Of a DNA stretch of 64,000 nucleotides, positions 49,189-59,636 are shown piece by piece (position 1 is the first letter of the stretch; every line of letters starts with the position of its first letter). The translations under genes and the position numbers were made by a program. The stretch lies in assembly GCA_963707635.1 (NCBI GenBank), contig OY970173.1, forward strand, positions 864,001 through 928,000, read 5' to 3'. Source of the DNA: Candidatus Latescibacterota bacterium. GTDB taxonomy: Bacteria > Krumholzibacteriota > Krumholzibacteriia > WVZY01 > JAKEHA01. The notes beneath the pieces are model-generated. The model worked only from the letters and a program-made list of their open reading frames with translations, ran no database searches and had not been told where the DNA came from.

Positions 49189-49255
49189 AGCGGGTGGCGC
49201 CGGACCGGGGCCCCCGCGGCTTCTGCCGCGGGGTGGGACGGCGACAGGCCCCGCG
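49189..49255 (+). repeat. Dispersed palindromic intergenic repeat, copy 1
   Basis: AGCGGGTGGCGCCGGACCGGGGCCCCCGCGGC-N4-GCCGCGGGGTGGGACGGCGACAGG is identical to the 56713 copy except for the 4-nt loop. Confidence 0.85.
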
Positions 49256-49273
49256 TTGTAGCCATTGCGACAC

Positions 49274-50062
49274 ATGGACGTAGAAAAACTCCGAGAATTG
49301 CTCGACGCCTTCAAGCACGGCCGCACCAGTGAGGCCGACGTGCTGGAGCGGCTGCGCACGCTCCCGTTCGAAGACTTCGGCTTCGCGAAGGTCGACCACC
49401 ACCGTTCGCTGCGGCGCGGGTTCCCGGAGGTGGTCTACGGAGCCGGCAAGACCGTCCCCCAGATTCTTTCCATCGCGGAGTCCATCGTCGATCAGGGAAC
49501 CAACCTGCTGGTGACACGGTGCGCGCCGGAAGCGGGCAGCGCGCTCTCGCGGCGCTTTCCTTCCGGCACCTGGCACGAATCGGCGCGCGTGTTCTTCATC
49601 GAGAACTCGTCGCGCCCCAGGCACGGCTACGTGCTGGTGATCACGGCCGGGACGACCGACATTCCCGTCGCGGAAGAGGCAGCCATCACCGCGCAGCTCC
49701 TGAACTGCAACGTCGATCGTATTTACGACGTGGGCGTGGCCGGTATCCACCGGCTGATGGCGTACCAGTCGATGATCGACGAGGCGGACGTGCTGGTGGT
49801 CGCGGCCGGGATGGAGGGCGCGCTCGCGAGTGTGGTGGCGGGGATGTCGAAGGCGCCGGTTATCGCGCTCCCCACCAGCGTGGGGTACGGTGCCAGCTTC
49901 GGCGGGCTGGCAGCACTCCTCTCCATGATGACCAGCTGCGCGGCCGGGGTCACGGTGGTCAACATCGACAACGGATTTGGCGCCGGGTGCGCGGCGGCCA
50001 CCATCGTCGCACGCTCGCGCGCGCTGGCGGAGCAGCACGTGCGCGCGAAGGAGCGCGGTTGA
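49274..50062 (+). CDS. larB: Nickel pincer cofactor biosynthesis protein LarB
   Basis: DHHR..RRGFPEVV, AGTTD.PVAEEA, DVGVAG.HRL, AGMEGAL, PTSVGYG, VVNIDNGFGA. Confidence 0.95.
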   Translation: MDVEKLRELLDAFKHGRTSEADVLERLRTLPFEDFGFAKVDHHRSLRRGFPEVVYGAGKTVPQILSIAESIVDQGTNLLVTRCAPEAGSALSRRFPSGTWHESARVFFIENSSRPRHGYVLVITAGTTDIPVAEEAAITAQLLNCNVDRIYDVGVAGIHRLMAYQSMIDEADVLVVAAGMEGALASVVAGMSKAPVIALPTSVGYGASFGGLAALLSMMTSCAAGVTVVNIDNGFGAGCAAATIVARSRALAEQHVRAKERG

Positions 50063-51234
50063 AGACCTGCCTGGTGGTCGACGCGTTCTCGGGAGCCGCG
50101 GGCGACATGCTGCTGGGCGCCCTGATCGACGCCGGCGCGTCGATCGACCTCCTGCGCGAGCGCGTGCTGTCGATTCCGGCGCTCGCGAAGGTGCGCATCG
50201 ATGCGGAAACCGTGCGCCGGGGCGCGTTCGCCGCCACGCGGCTCGTCGTCCACCTCCCGCACGAGCACGCGCACCGGGGTCTTGCCGACCTGGTGGCGAT
50301 CATCGACTCCGCCCCGTCCCTGACCGATCGCATGAAGTCGCGCGCGAAAGAAGCGTTCGCGCGCCTGGCCATGGCCGAGGCGAAGGTGCATGGGACGTCG
50401 GTCGAGCAGGTGCACTTCCACGAGGTCGGCGCGCTGGACGGAATCGTCGACGTGGTCGGTTTCTTCGCGTGCGCCGAACTGCTCGGGGTGGAGGAGTTCC
50501 GCTACACCAACCTCGTGCTCGGCTCCGGCGGGGTGATTCACGGCGCGCACGGCGAGATGCCCGTCCCCGCTCCCGCGACCCTCGAACTCCTGAGCGGCCA
50601 CCCGGTCGCCTATTCCACCCGCGCCGAGGAACTGATGACGCCCACCGCCGCAGCCATCATCGCCTCCGCGTTCACGCCGCTCGCCGGCGACGCGCGCGTC
50701 GTCCAGGGGCGGGTCGGCTACGGCGCCGGCACGCGCGACGCAGGGGGAATGCCGAACGTGGTGCGCGTGTGGCTCGGCCAGCTCGTGGCCGGTACGGCGC
50801 GCGAGGTCGCGATCATCCGCTGCACCATCGACAACATGAACCCCGAGCTCTACGGCAACGTCATGCAGCGCGCCTTCGAGACCGGGGCGCTCGAGGTCTA
50901 CTACACGCCGGTCTTCATGAAGAAGAACCGTCCCGGCGTCGAGATCACCGTGATCGCCGAGACGCTCGACGTCGAGCGGGTGAGCCACCTGCTGCTCACG
51001 CACACGACGACGCTGGGGCTGCGCGTGTCGCGCGAGGGCCGCGTCGAGCTGGAACGGCGCGTCGAGACCATCGACACGCCGCTCGGTCCCGCGCGCGTCA
51101 AAGTCGCCACGCTCCCCGACGGCACCGCGCGGGTGAATCCGGAGTACGAATCGTGCCGCGAGATCGCGGAGAAGACCGGCCGCCCCATGCTCGACGTGTT
51201 CGAGGCGGTCCGCCGCGCGTGGCCCGGGCGCTGA
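50059..51234 (+). CDS. larC: Nickel insertion protein LarC
   Basis: DAFSGAAGDM.LGAL, HEHAHR, VHFHEVGALD, PAPAT, TPT.AA, MKKNRPG, PEYE; TTG start. Confidence 0.93.
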   Translation: MKTCLVVDAFSGAAGDMLLGALIDAGASIDLLRERVLSIPALAKVRIDAETVRRGAFAATRLVVHLPHEHAHRGLADLVAIIDSAPSLTDRMKSRAKEAFARLAMAEAKVHGTSVEQVHFHEVGALDGIVDVVGFFACAELLGVEEFRYTNLVLGSGGVIHGAHGEMPVPAPATLELLSGHPVAYSTRAEELMTPTAAAIIASAFTPLAGDARVVQGRVGYGAGTRDAGGMPNVVRVWLGQLVAGTAREVAIIRCTIDNMNPELYGNVMQRAFETGALEVYYTPVFMKKNRPGVEITVIAETLDVERVSHLLLTHTTTLGLRVSREGRVELERRVETIDTPLGPARVKVATLPDGTARVNPEYESCREIAEKTGRPMLDVFEAVRRAWPGR

Positions 51235-51314
51235 CCGGGGTGCGAGGTGAGTGGCAGGGCGGGCGATCCAAAACGCTGTACAGCAGGGCGATATATCGCT
51301 CGCAACAATCCTCG

Positions 51315-52707
51315 ATGATCGCCCTGCATGACGCCACGGTAACCTACGGCGATGGGACGCGCCCCGCGCTCGACGGGGTGTCGCTGCGCGTCGAACGCGG
51401 TGACTGGATCGGGATCGTGGGCGACAACGGGTCCGGCAAGACCACGTTGCTCACCGCCGTCGCCGGCCTGGTGGCGCTCGCCCGCGGGACGCGCGAGAGC
51501 AGTCCGGAGGTTCGCACCGCGCTCCTGCTCCAGGAGCCCGACAATCAGTTCGTCGCCACCAGTGTTCGTCACGAGCTCGCGCTCTCCGTTCCCGCCGACG
51601 TGAGCGCAAACGCGCGCAGCGCGCGCGTCGCCGAGGCGATCGCGCGCTTCGCGCTCGACCTCCTCCTGGATCGCAATCCGCACCGGCTGTCGGGCGGCGA
51701 AAAGCAGCGCCTCGCCTGCGCATCCGTCTGGCTCGAGGACCCCCACGTGCTCCTGCTCGACGAGCCGCTCGCCTACCTCGACGCCGGCGCGCGGGAGCGG
51801 GTCGTCGGTTTCGTGCGCGAAATGAATGCGCGCGGGGTTGCGGTGGTGTGGACCACACCCGACGAAGAGGACCTCGCCCTCGCGCGCCGGGTCGTGACGC
51901 TGGACCATGGTAGACTACGCGCCGGGGGGGCGCGACCTTCCTCGCACGCGAGTCCGCGCGCGCGTTGTCGACAGCGCGCGCGAGGACCTGAGCGCGCGAG
52001 GGAGGTCGTGCCCCCCTCACAGGCCGCTGCACCGTTCGTCGATCCGGTGGTCCACTTCGAGTCGGTGAGCCTTCTCGTATCGCGACGTCCCCGTGCTCGA
52101 CTCCGTCGACCTGGAAGTTCGGGCCGGTGAATGTCTGGGAGTTGCCGGTGCGAACGGCGCCGGCAAGTCGACGCTCCTGCTCCTGGCCGGGGGAGCGCTA
52201 CAGCCGGCCCGGGGCCGCGTAGAGCGTCGCGCCGCCGGTCCCGGCGGGGAAGGCGTGCTCTACCTCCCGCAGAATCCCGAGCGCCTGTTCTTCACGGAGT
52301 CGGTTCGCGACGAGATCGCGTTCGGTCTGCGGCGACGCGGGCAGTCGCGTCAGGATGCATCCGCTCGCGCGGACGACGCGCTGCGTGCGGTGGATCTCGA
52401 CCCGGCCGTGTTCGCCGAGCGCTCGCCGTTCCAATTGAGCGTCGGCGAGATGCGGCGGGTGGCGCTCGCGATCGCCGAGTCACTCGCGCCGCGGTTACTC
52501 CTCCTGGATGAGCCCGCGTCGGGCTTGGACGCGGCGGGCCGGCGTGTGCTGGCCGACCTCATCGCCGCGCGCACGGCGGCGGGCGCGGCCGTGGTCCTGG
52601 CCTCGCACGATCCGAAGGACCTTCTGGGCGTCTGCGACCGGGTGGTCACGATCGGGAACGGGCGGGCGCTGCCGGTGGCTCCTACCCCGTCCAGAAGCTC
52701 CGATTGA
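51315..52707 (+). CDS. Duplicated ECF-type ABC ATPase, frameshift near 52070
   Basis: Domain 1: GDNGSGKT, QEPDNQF, LSGGEKQR, LLDEP. Domain 2: GANGAGKS, QNPE, LSVGEMRR, LLDEP. An extra C at ~52071 separates VS and FSYRD. Confidence 0.8.
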
Positions 52708-52732
52708 CGCGGCCCCCACCCGGGGCTAGTAT
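52704..52732 (+). promoter_or_regulatory. Sigma70 promoter
   Basis: TTGACG-17 bp-TAGTAT upstream of GGGAGG SD and GTG 52763. Confidence 0.55.
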
Positions 52733-52762
52733 GTCCGCCAACCTTCCAAAGGGAGGAAATAC

Positions 52763-53413
52763 GTGGATTATCAATCGTTTGGCGCCGTCGTGCGCCTGCT
52801 CGCCGTGGCGAGCATGTTTGTCACCGTGCTGAACAATATCTGGCGGCACGGGGACATCGATCTGACCGGACGATACGCCAACATGCGGACGATCTACGGC
52901 CGCGGGATACTCATCGGCGTCGTCATCGCGGCGCTCGCGCGCATCAACGTGGTCGCGATGCTTCGCGGCCAGCCGGCGTTCTCGTCCTACCTGCACTTCT
53001 ACGGGGTCGACCTGGTGGACGACGTGATCGGCGTCCTCGTCACCGGCGTCGCGCTCGCGTTTTTGAGCAAGTTCTGGAACGACTTCTTCGACCTGCTCTT
53101 CGAGCTCAAGCGCCTCGTTCGCGGGAAGGCGAACGCGCTGCGGGCCGACGAGCAGCCACGAGCCATGCGTGAGCCGCGCGATATGCGGGACATGCGCGAC
53201 ATGCGTCGCGGGGGCCGCGGGCGCGGATCCCGCGGGGGCGGTGGCCGCGGCATGGGTGATCGTGGTGACCGGGATCGCGGCGACCGGGACCGCGGCGAGC
53301 GGGATCGCACCGAGCGCGAGCGCGGGCGACCGGACCGACCCGATCGGCCCGAGCGACCGGACCGACCCGATCGGCCGGAGCCGCCGAGGGACCCGTTCGG
53401 TGCCAACCCTTGA
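52763..53413 (+). CDS. Membrane protein with low-complexity RGG/RGD/RPD C-terminal tail
   Basis: Three hydrophobic segments, then RDM, RGG, RGD/RD and RPD/RPE repeats; strong SD. Confidence 0.75.
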   Translation: MDYQSFGAVVRLLAVASMFVTVLNNIWRHGDIDLTGRYANMRTIYGRGILIGVVIAALARINVVAMLRGQPAFSSYLHFYGVDLVDDVIGVLVTGVALAFLSKFWNDFFDLLFELKRLVRGKANALRADEQPRAMREPRDMRDMRDMRRGGRGRGSRGGGGRGMGDRGDRDRGDRDRGERDRTERERGRPDRPDRPERPDRPDRPEPPRDPFGANP

Positions 53414-53774
53414 CCGCTATCGCCTGTTAGGGAAGAGCGGGCTTCGAGTTTCCCCGCTTGCACTCGGCACCATGACGTTCGGCACCGAGTGGGGATGGGG
53501 AACGGAGAAAAACGAATGCCGCCGGATCTTCGAGGCATACCTCGGGGCCGGCGGCAATTTCGTCGATACCGCCAACAAGTACACGGAAGGCACCAGCGAA
53601 ACCATGCTGGGCGAGTTTCTCGCCGGCCGGCGCGACACGATCGTGCTCGCCACCAAGTACACGTTGTCGATGCGCCCGGACGACGCGAGCGCGATCGACC
53701 TCGGCTATCCGCACGTGTTCCTGAAGAGCCCGAGTGTCACGAAACTCATCTACGGGGGAACGAAGATCGAGTAG
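53400..53774 (+). pseudogene. Aldo/keto reductase with large in-frame internal deletion
   Basis: AKR N-terminus (YRLLGKSGLRVSPLALGTMTFG, DTANKY, VLATKY) joined directly to an AKR-type C-terminus (ASAIDLGYPH...IYGGT); ~124 aa versus ~350 typical. Confidence 0.75.
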
Positions 53775-53809
53775 CCCGCGACATCGCTGTATCACGTCGC
53801 CCTGACGCC

Positions 53810-56687
53810 ATGCGTTTCGCCTCCCGCATCGCTTTCACGGTCATTGCCGCGCTGCTCGCGGGTCAATCGCCCGCGGCTCCACCATCGCGCCCGGCCCCGA
53901 CCACTCCCGCCGACTCGCTCTGGGGGCTCGTCGAGCCGTTGTTCGCGGCCGGCAAGTTCGATTCGATCCTCATCCGGCTCCCGTCCGTCATCCGCCATGC
54001 CGAGGCGATAGGGGATTCGACGCTGCTCGGCCGGGCGATCACGCAGCGAGGCCGCGTCTACCTCATGACGGGCGACCCACGCACCGTCCGCGACCTCGAT
54101 CTCGGCGTCCGGATCGCGGAGGCGATGCGCGACACGGTCGGGCTCATGCCGGCGGTCCATTTCCGGGGATTCGCGTACGCCGGGCAGGGCGACTACGACG
54201 ACGCCATGCGCTGCTACCAGCGGCGGCTATTCCTCGCGCAGCGCTCGCGCGCCCCCGCCGACGAGGCGTGGGCGCGCACCAGCATCGCATTCCTGCTGCA
54301 CCAGCGCGGGGACCATCGAGGCGCCAAGGCGGAATACCTGCGCGCGATCGCGCTGTTTCGTTCGGCGGGGCGCCCCGAGCTCGAGTTGACCGCGCTCGTC
54401 GGCCTGGGGCGCGTGGAGAGCGCGCTCGGCGACCAGAACGAGGCGATCCGTTGCTATCAGCGTGCGTGGGTCGTTTCCCGCCAGACGGGCGATCGGGTCA
54501 ACGAGATGTGGGCCACCAACAACCTCGCCGTGCTGGAAGAGACTCGCGACGACTTGAGCCGGTCGGCTGAGTACCAGAAACGCGCCTACGAGATCGCCAA
54601 GGAACTGAAATCTCCTCAAGCACTCGTTATCCTCGCCAGCAACCTGGCCACCCGCGCCAGCGATCTCGGTGATTTTGCGGGCGCGGACGCGCTCCTGGAA
54701 GAGACCGAGCAATTCTGCCGCAAGCACAACATGGAGGACCAGAACGAGGTCCGGTACCACATCGCGGAGTTGCGGCTGGTCGAGGGACGATATCGAGAGG
54801 CAGCGACCATCTTCCGGGAGCTCACGACGGGGGCGTCGCTCGAACAACAGCACCGTGACCGCGCGATTCTCGGGCTGGCCCGGGCGCTGGCGGCGAGCGA
54901 CAGTATGGCGCAGGCGCGCGCGCTGGTGGAAGCACGGCTGCGAAGCAAGGAAGAGCTCTACGGCGACGTGCGGCCATATTTCTATCTTTTCGCGGCGCGG
55001 ATGTGCGCGGATGCGAACCAGCGCGAAAGAGCACTCGAGTTCGCCACGCGCGCACGCCGGGCGGCGGAGGGTCTCGGGCAGTCGCACACCGCGGCGTCGA
55101 CCCGGCTGCGCGAGAGCGTCTATTATCGCAAGCTGGGTCGCCACGCCGAAGCGATCGCCAGTCTCGAAACCGCTCTCGACAGTCTGGAAGCGTTCCGTGG
55201 AGGGATCAGCACTGCGGAGTGGCGCGAGGTCTACGGCCAGGAGATTGCCCGAACGGTGATCGAGGCCGCGCGGGTCCTGCTCGTGTTCCCCGATTCGCTC
55301 CCCCGCGCGCGACGGGAGGAAGCGTTCTTCGACACCATGCAGCGTTTCAAGACCCGCACGCTGCTCGAGCGCATCAGCGAGCCGCGTTTCGGGTCGGACA
55401 TCGCGTCGGGTCGCTGGTCGAGCCGTCCGGCCACCATGGACGACCTTCAGGCCGTCCTGCAGCCCGGGGAGGTCGTGCTCGATTTTCTGGTCGGAGACGA
55501 GACCTCGTTCCTCTTCGCCGTCTCGCCCGACACGTTTCAGTTCGTCGAGCTCCCCGGGCCGGCTTCGCCGCTCGCCCAACGCGTCGAGCTCTTCCGGCGA
55601 CTGATCTCGAGCACGGACCCGGCGCTGCGCGCGCAGTATCCGCCCGAACGACTGGCCGTAATTCAGCGCGCCCTCGGCCGCGAGGTGCTCGGCGGCGTGG
55701 CGAATCTGGTGATCGCGTCGCAGTCGCGTGTTCGTTTCTCCTGACGGCTTCACCTCCATGGTTCCGTTCGGCGTGCTCGTGCTGGACGATTCCGGAGAGG
55801 TGCTCATGGCGGACCGCGACGTCGCGCAGGTGCCGTCGGCGAGCATCCTGGTCCGGCAACGAACCGCGCAAGCTCCCACGTGTACCGGCGCAGCGAGGGT
55901 GATGGCGGTTGCCGCGTCCGGATCGCGACTGGAAGGCGCCCGCGACGAGATCGACGACCTCGCGCGCGGCTATCGTCACGTGGTCCGGACGTCGACGCTC
56001 ACCGGTTTGGACGCTTCCACGGCAAACTCCGAGCGCTGCGATGTCCTGCACATCGCCGCCCACGCCCTCGTCGTCGACCATTCGCCGTGGGACTCCGGAA
56101 TCCGGCTCGGTCGCAACGCACCTGGCACCCCGCCGGCCTCCGGGGCTTCCACCCTCCGCGCGGACACGACGGCGATCCTTTCCACGGCGGACTCGCTGCT
56201 CGTGGCCCGCACCTTCCCCGGCGATCCGTTCCTGCGGGCGTGGCAGATCGCGCGGCTCGCGCTGCCCGCGAAGCTGGCGGTGCTCTCCGCGTGCGAGACC
56301 GCCGGGGGGCGCGTCACCAGCGGAGAAGGCACGCTCGGTATCACCGCCGCGTTCATGAGCGCGGGCGTGCCGGTGGTGGTCTCGAGTCTGTGGCCGGTCG
56401 ACGACCGGGCGACGCAGCGCATCATGCACGTGTTCTACCGGCGCCTGGCGGCAGGCGAGCCCGTCGCGACCGCGCTTCGTCTAGCCCAGCTCGAGGTGAG
56501 CCGGTCGGCAGAAACATCCCATCCGTTCCTCTGGGCGGGCTTCACGGTGGTGGGGGACGGGTCGGCGACGATCGCGATCGACAGAAAGCCGTGGGGCGCG
56601 ATCCTGGGGCTCGCGCTGACCCTGGTGCTGTTTGCGGTCGCGCTGGCCGCCGTCCGGCATCGACGGACCCGGCAGGCCGTGGGATAA
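53810..56687 (+). CDS. Exported TPR-CHAT (caspase-like) protease with C-terminal TM helix, frameshift near 55730
   Basis: Signal peptide MRFASRIAFTVIAALLAG; TPR array; VSPDG...VPF, LHIAAHA (His), VLSACET (Cys), SLWPVDD, HPFLWAGF; hydrophobic tail followed by RHRR. Confidence 0.82.
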
Positions 56688-56712
56688 TTGCCGAAGCACA
56701 TGCTCGTGCACT

Positions 56713-56780
56713 AGCGGGTGGCGCCGGACCGGGGCCCCCGCGGCGGACGCCGCGGGGTGGGACGGCGACAGGACCCGCGA
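56713..56780 (+). repeat. Dispersed palindromic intergenic repeat, copy 2
   Basis: Matches 49189-49255; loop GGAC versus TTCT. Confidence 0.85.
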
Positions 56781-56813
56781 GGTTGACGACAGAAAAGTTC
56801 CGTGTGACGAATC

Positions 56814-57416
56814 ATGACCGAGCCGTCTAAACCAATAGGGGCGGGTGCCGCGGACGAGGACCTGCTCCAGGTCGTGCGACACGACCCGGATCCGGTCCGC
56901 CGCCGCCTGGCAGCGGTCGAGCTCGTGACCCGCTATCGCGACGCGGTTTACCTCTGGTGTTACCGGTACACCCGGGACACCGAACGCGCGCTGGACGTGT
57001 CGCAGGACGTGCTCGTTACGGTTTGGGAGAAGATCGGCACATTCGAAGGGCGGTCGAAGTTCTCGTCGTGGCTGTTCTCGATCACGCGCAACCGGTGCAT
57101 CGATGGCAGCCGGCGGGTGGATATTCTGGCCGACGAGCCGATGTCGGAGGACCTGCCCGACCCGGCGCCGCTCCCGGACGCTGCGTTCGCGGATGGGGAA
57201 GACGAAGGCTGGCTGCTCCGCACGATTCGTACCGAGCTGGCGCCGGACGAACAGGGAGCGATCTGGCTCCGTTGCGTGGAGCGCCTGCCGGTCGATGAAG
57301 TAACGCGCATCCTGGGGATCGACGGCGCCGCCGGCGCCCGAGGGGTGTTGCAGCGCGCGCGGCGCAAGTTGCGCGCGGCGATGGAGCGTCGCGAAGGCGG
57401 GGGGAGGAGAGTATGA
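56814..57416 (+). CDS. ECF RNA polymerase sigma factor
   Basis: DVSQDV, FEGRSKFSSWLFSITRNRCID (region 2); region 4 ending LQRARRKL. Confidence 0.9.
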   Translation: MTEPSKPIGAGAADEDLLQVVRHDPDPVRRRLAAVELVTRYRDAVYLWCYRYTRDTERALDVSQDVLVTVWEKIGTFEGRSKFSSWLFSITRNRCIDGSRRVDILADEPMSEDLPDPAPLPDAAFADGEDEGWLLRTIRTELAPDEQGAIWLRCVERLPVDEVTRILGIDGAAGARGVLQRARRKLRAAMERREGGGRRV

Positions 57417-58074
57417 CGGAAATCAAGTGCGTCGAGGCCGAGCGAATCGGCAATGTGCTCGAGTATCCGGCTGACCATCCGGTTCGCCGGCACACGGAGG
57501 AATGCCCGCGGTGCCGGTCGCTCGTGCAGAGTTATCAGGCCTTCCTGGAAGCGGCGCCCGACGCGGGCGCGGGTGTGTCGGACGCTCGGCCACGGCTGGA
57601 CGCGGCGATCCGGCGTGGCGCCGACGCGGCATTCCCCGCGGAGTCACGCGCTCCCTTTCCAATGAAGTCGCAGGGATGGTGGCGCGCGTGGGTGCGGCCG
57701 CTTCCGGCGCTTGCAACCGCCCTGGTCATCGTGGCCGCGGCGGTGCTGCTCTGGCCGCGTGACGAACAGACCTCGCTGCTTCGTGAGAGCGGACAGGCCA
57801 CCGATGCCTGGAATCTGTCGGCCTCGGCTGCCGATGGATCGGTACTTCTGTCATGGAACGCGATGACCGGTGCCGACGCCTACGAGGTTCGCATCTACGG
57901 CGCCGAGCTCGACGAACTGCTGCGGCTCCCTTCCGCCGGGACGTCCCTCGCGGTGGATCGATCGGCTCTTCCCGCGGATCTGCCATCCGGCGCGGACCTG
58001 ACCTGGGTTGTCACCGCTCTCCGGGGCGGCGACGTGTGCAGACCTCGCCTCCGGGTTCGTTGCGGTTGCCGTAG
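57413..58074 (+). CDS. Zinc-finger anti-sigma factor (ZAS) with TM and Fn3-like extracytoplasmic domain; probable frameshift near 58035
   Basis: HTEECPRC (HxxxCxxC); TM ALATALVIVAAAVLLW; LLSWNAMTGADAYEVRIY; coupled to the sigma gene (ATGA); likely end VQTSPPGSLRLP* in another frame. Confidence 0.75.
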
Positions 58075-58157
58075 TCGCCCGCAAGATGGTAATTGCGCGC
58101 TAGACACGCCCCGATTGCCGGCTTGGCAGGTCGCGTGGATCGCGCTAGCATGGAGCC

Positions 58158-58979
58158 GTGATCGAGCACGACCAACAAGGTGTCCGCTTCTACACCTTCG
58201 ACTCGCTCGACGCGCGCGAAGATGTAATCGCGTTTGTCACCACGCGCACCGCCGGCGAGAGCCGGGGCCCGTACGCGTCGCTCAACCTCGGCATGCGTTC
58301 CGGCGACGACCCTGCCGTCGTGGCGCGCAACCGCGCGCGGGTAGCGGCGCTTGCGAACGCGCCGTCGTTCCTGCTCGGCAAGCAGGTGCACGGCAAGCGC
58401 ATCGCCGTCGTCCCCGACGGATACTCCGGCGGCGCATTCGAAGATACCGATGCCCTGATCACCCACGCGACCGCTACCCCGCTGGCCGTGCTGACCGCCG
58501 ACTGCGCGGCGGTATTTCTCTTCGATCCGAAGCAGCACGCGATCGGCATCGCGCACGCGGGCTGGCGCGGGACGGTCGCGAACATCGCGGCGCTCACGGT
58601 GGTGCGCATGGGCGACGAATTCGGCACTGATCCGGCGGATCTCGTCGCCGGGATCGGGCCGTCGATCGGGCCCTGCTGCTACGAAGTCGGCGCCGAGGTG
58701 ATCGACGCGTTCGCGGATGCGAACGCGGAGATGGCCGATGAAGTGCTCGTCGATCCGGATCTCGCCTCGGCGGGGAGCTTCCGCGCTTCCGTGAACGAGG
58801 GACGCAAGCACCTCGACCTGTGGCGCGCGAACGAGCTCGTGCTGGTTGCGGCCGGTCTGAGCGAGGATGCGATCGAGGTGTCGCACCTGTGCACGGCGTG
58901 CCGCCGGGACCTCTTCTATTCGCATCGCGGCGAAAAGGGCGTCACCGGGCGCTTCGCGGGCGTGATCGCGCTCCGGTAA
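58158..58979 (+). CDS. pgeF: YfiH/PgeF family protein
   Basis: SLNLG, QVHG, LTADC, HAGWRG, GPSIGPCCYEVG, FYSHR, TGR. Confidence 0.92.
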   Translation: MIEHDQQGVRFYTFDSLDAREDVIAFVTTRTAGESRGPYASLNLGMRSGDDPAVVARNRARVAALANAPSFLLGKQVHGKRIAVVPDGYSGGAFEDTDALITHATATPLAVLTADCAAVFLFDPKQHAIGIAHAGWRGTVANIAALTVVRMGDEFGTDPADLVAGIGPSIGPCCYEVGAEVIDAFADANAEMADEVLVDPDLASAGSFRASVNEGRKHLDLWRANELVLVAAGLSEDAIEVSHLCTACRRDLFYSHRGEKGVTGRFAGVIALR

Positions 58980-59062
58980 CTGCCCGAGACCCCTTGCTAC
59001 TCCCGCCTGGCGCCCGTATGATGGAAGCGTCATCCGGTCACGCCAACCGCGAGGAGTCATCG

Positions 59063-59629
59063 ATGCCCGAGCCGCAGATCGACGTCGCCCGCTACTACAA
59101 CGGCGGCCTTTCATGGCCGCAGTTTCTCGCGTCGGCCGCGGACAACGCAGACCGCATGCGCGCGTTCTACGACGCCTTCGAGTTCGACGAGGACACGCTC
59201 TCGTTCTTCAACGGGCGCACGCCGCTCCAGGTGCTGGCGATCGCGGAGGACTGGTGCCCGGACGTGGCGCAAAACGTCGCCGTCGTCGCCCGCGTGTCCG
59301 CCGAGGTTCCGGGCATGGAGTTGAGCGTCGTCCGCCGCGAAGAATGCCCCGAGTTGATGGACGAGTACACCACCGGCGGCAAGCGGCGTATCCCCGTGAT
59401 TGCGTTCTTCGACATGACGTTTCGCGAGCTGGCGCGGTGGTCCGGGCGTTGCCGGTCGGCGGATCGCTGGATCTTCGACGAGGTGCTCAAGGGCGGGCGC
59501 GATGTCACGGTGCTGAAGGGCGAACAGAAGCAGCGCTTCGACGCCGAATACGACACGCGCTACCGCGACACGTACGTGTGGGAAACGATCGCGGAGTGGC
59601 AGCACCTGCTGGAGGACCAGGACTACTAG
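59063..59629 (+). CDS. Thioredoxin-like protein (monothiol WCPD)
   Basis: IAEDWCPD, RRIPV; GAGGAG SD. Confidence 0.82.
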   Translation: MPEPQIDVARYYNGGLSWPQFLASAADNADRMRAFYDAFEFDEDTLSFFNGRTPLQVLAIAEDWCPDVAQNVAVVARVSAEVPGMELSVVRREECPELMDEYTTGGKRRIPVIAFFDMTFRELARWSGRCRSADRWIFDEVLKGGRDVTVLKGEQKQRFDAEYDTRYRDTYVWETIAEWQHLLEDQDY

Positions 59630-59636
59630 AGGAATC

